From: Paraspadella gotoi
Taxonomy: Eukaryota; Animalia; Chaetognatha
Assembly (NCBI GenBank): GCA_051294375.1
Contig: CM119269.1
Coordinates: 18,855,138 to 18,919,137, forward strand
DNA length: 64,000 nucleotides
Direction: 5' to 3'
Both the position numbers and the translations under genes were made by a program. Under the pieces are notes generated by a model, which had not been told where the DNA came from, made no database searches, and saw only the letters and a list, made by a program, of their open reading frames with translations. Below, piece after piece: positions 57,115-64,000 of the stretch; within the stretch, counting starts at the first letter, position 1; each line of letters begins with the position of its first letter.

Positions 57115-57344
57115 CTGTGATGGAGGTGGTGAGGGTGGAGAATAGGGAAGAGGGGTGGAGGGTGAGAGAAAAGTAGAAAGGAAAAAAAAAAAAAAACAAA
57201 CAGTTGAAAAAACAAGGAACGGTTATTCCAAGGTGTTGCTCCGCATTATTTTTCTTTTTACTTATAAGATTTCTTTAAAAACAAAAGGCGGCGCCGGTAG
57301 TCGCTTAGATTTGATTTTTAACAAATGAGCAACAAACTATAGGC

Positions 57345-57470
57345 AAGTTATAAGCGTTTTTAACGTAAGTGGGACAGACCAATGAACAGATATACCGACG
57401 GACCGACCGACCGACCGACCGAAAAGTGACTTATAAAGTTGCTCCGCGAGTACTCGCGGCGCAACTAAAA
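57345..57470 (+). mobile_element. Helentron/DINE-1-like non-autonomous element end
   Basis: Inverted pair TTATAAG/CTTATAA, a (GACC)n microsatellite, then the hairpin AGTTGC-T-CCGCGAGTACTCGCGG-C-GCAACT followed by an A-run. Confidence 0.5.
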
Positions 57471-57569
57471 ATCAAAAGAATTGAGGGGGGAAAAATGAGG
57501 AAAGAAAAGAAAAGATAGATATATAACACAAATAGAGAAGTCTAAGGAGCACCGATTCCATGACCTCAC

Positions 57570-57668
57570 CGATGTTAGAATTCGTCGATGCTCTTTTGAT
57601 GCTGTATGTGATTCTCCGATTTTCGCCGGCGTCTTTGTCGTCGGCGCTGACTGTCGCCACCACCGTGT
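57570..57668 (-). CDS. Cadherin exon 5 (HTVVATVSADDKDAGENRRITYSIKRASTNSNI)
   Basis: AxDxDxGxN and ITYSI cadherin motifs; ccag|...|gtgagg; 99 nt, phase 1-1. Confidence 0.93.
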
Positions 57669-58799
57669 CTGGATAATGAGATACAAACAAAAGACGAGAA
57701 TATTTTGTTGGCGGAAAGAAAAAAATATTTTTTTTTTGGCGATTAAATATTTATTAAAGGAAAGGCTCTTAGAAATACAAAAACAAAGCATGTCATTACT
57801 AAGAAAAAGAAGAACCGAAAGAAAAAAAACTAAAAATTAAATCTTTGTTAAGAGTTATGTAAATGACTGTTTTAAGTGACAACCAAAAATATTTGTTTTT
57901 ATACAGATAATATATATCTTCCTAATTTTTTTTCTTTCCTAAAAAAACAAAAAAACCAAAAACAAAAAAAACAAAAAAACCACAAAATTCCGCGCAGACA
58001 AAACAGGATTTCGAGAAATTTTATTCCGACGAAGAGAATCAAAATTCGCGACAGCGGCTCGGATATAAGCTTTTGTAGTGTTCAGTCTTTAAACAGAACA
58101 TACTGTTTAAATTCAATAAAACATTTTATACGAGCGCCTAATGGAGGGTTTTGCGAAGCAGAAGTTTTCATTCAATTCGCGACTTTTTCTTCTCTGTTTA
58201 ATTCAATTTTATTTTGTTTTATTTTTTTTTCGTTAAAATCTTCTTTACTTCCTCTTTTCTCGATTCTAATTTGATTTCCGTCTTCGAAGGGAACATCGGA
58301 TGATGAAGAAGGAAAGAGGGGGAGGGGGAATGAGAGAGAGAGAGAGANNNNNNNNNNNNNNNNNNNNNNNNNNNNNNNNNNNNNNNNNNNNNNNNNNNNN
58401 NNNNNNNNNNNNNNNNNNNNNNNNNNNNNNNNNNNNNNNNNNNNNNNNNNNNNNNNNNNNNNNNNNNNNNNNNNNNNNNNNNNNNNNNNNNNNNNNAGAG
58501 AGAGAGAGAGAAAGAGACAGAGAGAGAAAGAGACAGAGAGAGACAGGGCGAAACTTATGCGCGAGCAGGTTTTTCGAATTACAAAGGGGGGAAAAAAATA
58601 CGATTTTCCGATAAGTTATTTCTTTCGGCGCCATATTAAAAATAGAGAAAACTAGAAAGGACGAGGCAAAGAAAAATTTCGACGTTGAACATAATCGAAT
58701 TGATTTTTATACATCCAACTAAGAATACGCGCCCAGCTACAGCCAACTTTTCAACCAGCAAATGTGATGTTCCCCGCGCTCAAATCATCCGTGACTCAC

Positions 58800-58893
58800 G
58801 CAAAGGCAGATTCTCTTGGACTCTCGCTTCATATTTCCGCCGATCAAATTTGGGGGCGTTGTCGTTGGAGTCTTCCAGGAAGATGTCCACACC
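58800..58893 (-). CDS. Cadherin exon 4 (GVDIFLEDSNDNAPKFDRRKYEARVQENLPL)
   Basis: Canonical DxNDNxPxF Ca2+-binding linker and VxEN motif; cag|...|gtgagt; 94 nt, phase 0-1. Confidence 0.93.
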
Positions 58894-59208
58894 CTGATTG
58901 TGTGTGGGGGGGGGAGAAAGTTGTGTGTGGGGGTGGGAAGGAGAGAATAGGTAGAGGAGAGAAAATAAAAGGGGAGATAGGAAGATAAAATAAAGAGGAA
59001 GGGCAGAAAGAGTAAAGATAAAATATACCAAGTTGGAAAGTCTGTCTTTTTGTCTTTTTATATTTTCCCTCTTTGTTTCTCTATCTCTATAACTCGCTCT
59101 CAAATTTTGGGATTGATCTCCGTCGTCATTACGGAAATACATATATCAGTATGTATAATTCGAATATTTGAAATTGAAAAAACCTTACAAAATTGTCCCC
59201 CCTCTCTC

Positions 59209-59281
<73 letters not shown>

Positions 59282-59343
59282 TCCTTTTATACTCTGTTTT
59301 CACGATAACCCAGATTATTCTTTTCTTTATTTCCCTTTATTAC

Positions 59344-59445
59344 CTTGTAGTCCTTGGAACTCCCTCTCTGGCCGCCACACAATGTGATATTTCGCACGAC
59401 CGTTGGGTGCGATCTCTTTCTAGGCCGGGCGCCACGACCAGGACA

Positions 59446-59449
<4 letters not shown>
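59344..59449 (-). CDS. Cadherin exon 3 (C-half of EC1: GDVLVVAPGLERD..PNGRAKYHI..AAREG..KDYK); frame broken as assembled
   Basis: Acceptor (ct)n-cag and donor AAG|gtaata. It is 106 nt, but 107 (mod 3) is needed to join phase 1 to phase 0. Cadherin-like words appear in alternating frames, which implies small indels. Confidence 0.7.
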
Positions 59450-59515
<66 letters not shown>

Positions 59516-60196
59516 GACGAGTTTGAGACGAAAACCGTTAATAATGCATCGGAGAGGAAAAACGCAACATAATAGTTAATGTAAAGAAAAATTCTAAACC
59601 CAAATCTTTTTATTTAATAAACTCATTTTTATCGAACTACAAATTAAAATACTATAATTTTTTATCATAGATTTTATGTTTTTTCTTTTTCCATCGTATA
59701 TTTGCATCTTCCTTTTTCTCGATCGATAAGTTTAACCGTTCGCATTTCATTCGTTTTATCGCATCGTAGTTTTTATTGGTTTCCATTTTTTGGAAGTTTC
59801 GTACTTCTTACCAGTTTCTCTCTTTATCGTTGTGTTTTTTTAAATGAAAAAAAGATGTTATTTTCAGACAACAAATTTCAAAAACAAATCTAGCAATATA
59901 GTCGTAACGTGTCCGTTTTTTATTACTAATGATAAAAATATTTGTATGCTACGCAAAGAAAAGAAAGAATCAAAACAATATTTTTTAAAAAAAAATTCAA
60001 TTTCTTTTTTCAATTGTTTTAGTTAATGTTTTAGTTTTCGAAGGAATTTTCTTAAATCCGACTGCTTCCCCCCCCCCTTTGCCCGGAAAGGTCGCGTCGA
60101 GAAGTCGATCGAAGCTCATAGCTCTCTCTCTCCTCTCTCTCTCCTCTCTTCCTCTCTCTCTCTCCTCTCTCTCTTCTCTCTCTCTCTCCTTTCTTC

Positions 60197-60235
<39 letters not shown>

Positions 60236-61503
60236 TCTAATGCTCATCCTACCGTGAAAATTACCAAATTTTCGATACCCTCGGTTGTGTCACTGCGGGA
60301 CACGGAGAAGGAGGAAGGAAGAAGGGGGAATGGATTAGAAAATAGGGGAGGAGTTAGGAAAAGGAAAGAAAGGAAAAAAAAATGGAGGAGAGATGGAAGA
60401 AAGAAAGATAAAACCTTAAAAAAATTGAAAGAGGAAGAGAAATGAAGAGAAGGTAAAAAAGTGCAACAAAAAAAAATTTCAGTCCGTAAAACACAAAATA
60501 AAATAAGAAACATTGCGGAAAATGCTTTGGAAAAAAGGATGGTAGACCTTAGCGAAATAAATTAATTACGAATAAATAAGTAATGGTTATTATAAAATTA
60601 AAAAGAAAGTCAGAACTTAAGCCAAGAAAGGAAAAGTTAAAAAGTAAGCGGGTGTAAAGGTGCAAAGAAAATGGGAAGTCAGAGATAAGAAAGAAAAAAA
60701 AAATCCTAACGGAAATCCATAAAAGTTCAGTTAAAAAGAAAATGATGTCTGCTTTTCCAAGTATCAGGTAAGCTGGGAGGAGTGTGGAAGTGTGAGGTTG
60801 GATTGAACAGTGGAAGGGTAGAGCTTGTGGGGTGATCCGTGGGTGAGTTGGGTGATTTGGGTGGACGAGCTGAGATTGAGTCGGATTGGCGAGATTTGGG
60901 TGACACTGGAACCGAAATCTGGCAGAAGTTTGAGCGCGAAAATAAATAACAAACTGTCAACGCTAGTGGAGTATTAGGAGCCAAGGTTTATTTTTTTTGG
61001 AGCTACAAATTGGGAAGGAAACTTCAAACTGAATTTAAAAAGAACACGATGTATTCGAAAAAAATAGTTACTTGGTCTAGAAGCAAAGGAGGGCGAAAAA
61101 GAAATTGCGCGGTGGGGGACCGAGCAGAGGGCTATGGGGGCGAGCAGGGGTGAAATGGGGTCGATCATGGGTGTAAAGGGGCGAGCGCTCAAGAGTTAAC
61201 TGCCAGCGCTTAAGCGGCGGGAAAACCCGTCGAAGTTTTTGATGGGCGCAAAATAAAAATTTATGCCGCTTAAAATTGAATCCAACGAAGCGAAGGAAGG
61301 AAAAAAAATGAAGAAAAAAAATGATTTCCTACTTTTTAGAAATTAAGAAAAAATCTATTTTTTTTATCGTCAAGGGGGCGTTTTTTTTTTTAAAAAAGAC
61401 TGTCGCCCCTACAAGGTTTCGACGAAAAAGAAAATTTAAAGTAAATTGCAGATCTATAACCTAAAATATGGGAAGCTAAGGAAAATTGATTGTCTCAAGT
61501 CTC

Positions 61504-61670
61504 CACCTCTCTCCCTCTCTATCTCTCTTCACCTCTCTCCCTCTCAATCGCTCTTCACCTGTCTCCCTCTCAATCTCTCTCCACCTCTCTCCCTCTCAAT
61601 CGCTCTTCACCTCTCTCCCTCTCAATCTCTCTTCACCTCTCTCCCTCTCTATCTCTCTTCACCTCTCTAC
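61504..61670. repeat. 26-bp pyrimidine-rich minisatellite, about 6 copies
   Basis: cacct recurs at 61504, 61530, 61556 and 61582 and onward. Confidence 0.8.
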
Positions 61671-61725
61671 TCCTCTTTCCCCCTCTTTCCACTATCTTCC
61701 CTTCCCTCTCCCTCCTACTTCCCAC

Positions 61726-61917
61726 CTGTAGTTCTATTCAAGGCGATGGGCACGCCCCTCAACTGGTCCCGGTTGGCGATGTGGTAGGTGACGCCCTCTT
61801 TGCCGGAAGACGGAACCTTGTAGATGCGACGGGGCAGAAGGTCTGGAGCAAAGTCCGACTCGTAGAAGTGGAGCACGTGAGTGAAGAGGAGCGGAGGGGA
61901 ATGGGTAGCGGTGGAGC
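61726..61917 (-). CDS. Cadherin exon 2 (N-half of EC1: GSTATHSPPLLFTHVLHFYESDF...GVTYHIANRDQLRGVPIALNRTT)
   Basis: Acceptor cttgtttcag and donor CAG|gtggga; 192 nt, phase 1-1. The V-T-Y-x-I and LNxTTG patterns are typical of EC repeats. Confidence 0.8.
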
Positions 61918-63873
61918 CTGAAACAAGGAAGAGATTCGACATTGAAGGGAGTGCGATTTGGAGATAAAAAGCTTATTAGCTAAATGATAAGGATTTTTTA
62001 ATTAATACGAAAAAACCAAAACAATTATACTCGACAGTGCAACAAAAGATTCTAAAAAAGATTGTAAAAAAAAAGAAAAAAAAAACTAATAAGATAGATA
62101 GGGATGTGTGGATAAGTCGCCATTTTACCAAGCAATCGTCTTCATTTTCCTCTTCAATCACAAGTTCACAACTGAGACAAGTAATCAATCATGCTTCTTT
62201 TTAGATGATCGAAAANNNNNNNNNNNNNNNNNNNNNNNNNNNNNNNNNNNNNNNNNNNNNNNNNNNNNNNNNNNNNNNNNNNNNNNNNNNNNNNNNNNNN
62301 NNNNNNNNNNNNNNNNNNNNNNNNNNNNNNNNNNNNNNNNNNNNNNNNNNNNNNNNNNNNNNNNNNNNNNNNNNNNNNNNNNNNNNNNNNNNNNNNNNNN
62401 NNNNNNNNNNNNNNNNNNNNNNNNNNNNNNNNNNNNNNNNNNNNNNNNNNNNNNNNNNNNNNNNNNNNNNNNNNNNNNNNNNNNNNNNNNNNNNNNNNNN
62501 NNNNNNNNNNNNNNNNNNNNNNNNNNNNNNNNNNNNNNNNNNNNNNNNNNNNNNNNNNNNNNNNNNNNNNNNNNNNNNNNNNNNNNNNNNNNNNNNNNNN
62601 NNNNNNNNNNNNNNNNNNNNNNNNNNNNNNNNNNNNNNNNNNNNNNNNNNNNNNNNNNNNNNNNNNNNNNNNNNNNNNNNNNNNGATTTCCTTTGGCTTG
62701 AGACGAGAGAGAGGGAACATCGATGCAGAATTTAAACCTTTATATCAATTCGACATAGATATTCACTTATTNNNNNNNNNNNNNNNNNNNNNNNNNNNNN
62801 NNNNNNNNNNNNNNNNNNNNNNNNNNNNNNNNNNNNNNNNNNNNNNNNNNNNNNNNNNNNNNNNNNNNNNNNNNNNNNNNNNNNNNNNNNNNNNNNNNNN
62901 NNNNNNNNNNNNNNNNNNNNNNNNNNNNNNNNNNNNNNNNNNNNNNNNNNNNNNNNNNNNNNNNNNNNNNNNNNNNNNNNNNNNNNNNNNNNNNNNNNNN
63001 NNNNNNNNNNNNNNNNNNNNNNNNNNNNNNNNNNNNNNNNNNNNNNNNNNNNNNNNNNNNNNNNNNNNNNNNNNNNNNNNNNNNNNNNNNNNNNNNNNNN
63101 NNNNNNNNNNNNNNNNNNNNNNNNNNNNNNNNNNNNNNNNNNNNNNNNNNNNNNNNNNNNNNNNNNNNNNNNNNNNNNNNNNNNNNNNNNNNNNNNNNNN
63201 NNNNNNNNNNNNNNNNNNNNNNNNNNNNNNNNNNNNNNNNNAGAATTGCCAGAAGATCCAAGGCCAACCCGAGGATAAAATTCAGAAGGGGATCGAAGGA
63301 CGAAGAGAAGCGGGAATTGCGTCGTCGAATGGCGCACAATAGAAAACGCAGAAAAACGCAGAGGAATAGCGCAAAAAAAAAAAGATGGCGCAGAAGAATG
63401 TCGCCGGACAATGGCGCGGAAGAGAATAGCGAATAATTGTGCCGGAATTGTGGGGAAAAGAGCGAAGAGAAAATATTTACAAATTGGCGGGAAAGGCGGG
63501 AAAATGTGGCGGAAGTGGACTAAGAGGAAAGAGTAGAAGAGCAGAAGCCAATTGGCAACAATAAAATCTGATTTGAAATTCAATTTTAATCCTTATATTG
63601 ACAGGTTATTATTATATTTTTATCAATTTTATTGACGAGGGTGTTGTCACAAGTGTCACTAACCTCTTGATACTTTTTAACGATTATAGACTTTTGAAAC
63701 TATTTAAATTTATTAATAATGAATTATACAGTACAAAAGCCGTTAATCAACGTTGGATCAACATTGGATAATAATGTAAAGCTGTACTGTACTATTAATA
63801 CTACTATTAATATTCTTAATAATAATAATAAAATAATAGCATAATGAAATACGTAATAATGTAAAATAAATAC

Positions 63874-63970
63874 CTGGTTTGGCCGCTCTCTTGTCATGGC
63901 GCGGAGATGATGATGACGAGGAAGCCGAGGATGAAGAGGAGGAGGAGGAGGAGGAGAAAGATGGCGAAAC
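63874..63970 (-). CDS. Cadherin gene, first visible exon (Ser-rich pro-segment, VSPSFS...SPRHDKRAAKP)
   Basis: Acceptor ttctttcag and donor CAG|gtattt. The 97 nt end in phase 1, which matches the next exon. It contains a basic RHDKR motif. No ATG is present, so the gene starts upstream of the window. Confidence 0.65.
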
Positions 63971-64000
63971 CTGAAAGAAGTAAAATTTAAAATGTAATCG

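Overview
This is animal (metazoan) genomic DNA, not prokaryotic. It is AT-rich, saturated with (GA)n/(TC)n microsatellites, and contains 13 N-gaps. Almost all ORFs in the six-frame track are microsatellite or low-complexity noise. The real content is one spliced cadherin-superfamily gene on the minus strand, spanning at least 9.3-64 kb. I reconstructed 18 GT-AG exons by hand (about 801 codons; phases are consistent except for one exon with indels and one exon split by a gap). The start codon and signal peptide lie beyond the window, and the last exon is uncertain. The protein reads: Ser-rich pro-segment with RHDKR, four cadherin (EC) repeats, a Gly-rich linker, one TM helix, and a cytoplasmic tail of about 250 aa or more with only faint classical-cadherin catenin-site resemblance. 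The introns hold a palindromic MITE family, a Helentron/DINE-like end, several minisatellites, a 10-bp-periodic AGGTCA (DR4) array and a hairpin-rich island. Three duplications (direct 0.8 kb, direct 5.9 kb, and a nested inverted one) each lie next to exactly 25-N gaps and show indel-rich differences, so they are most likely long-read gap-filling artefacts. No CRISPR, rRNA or tRNA was found.
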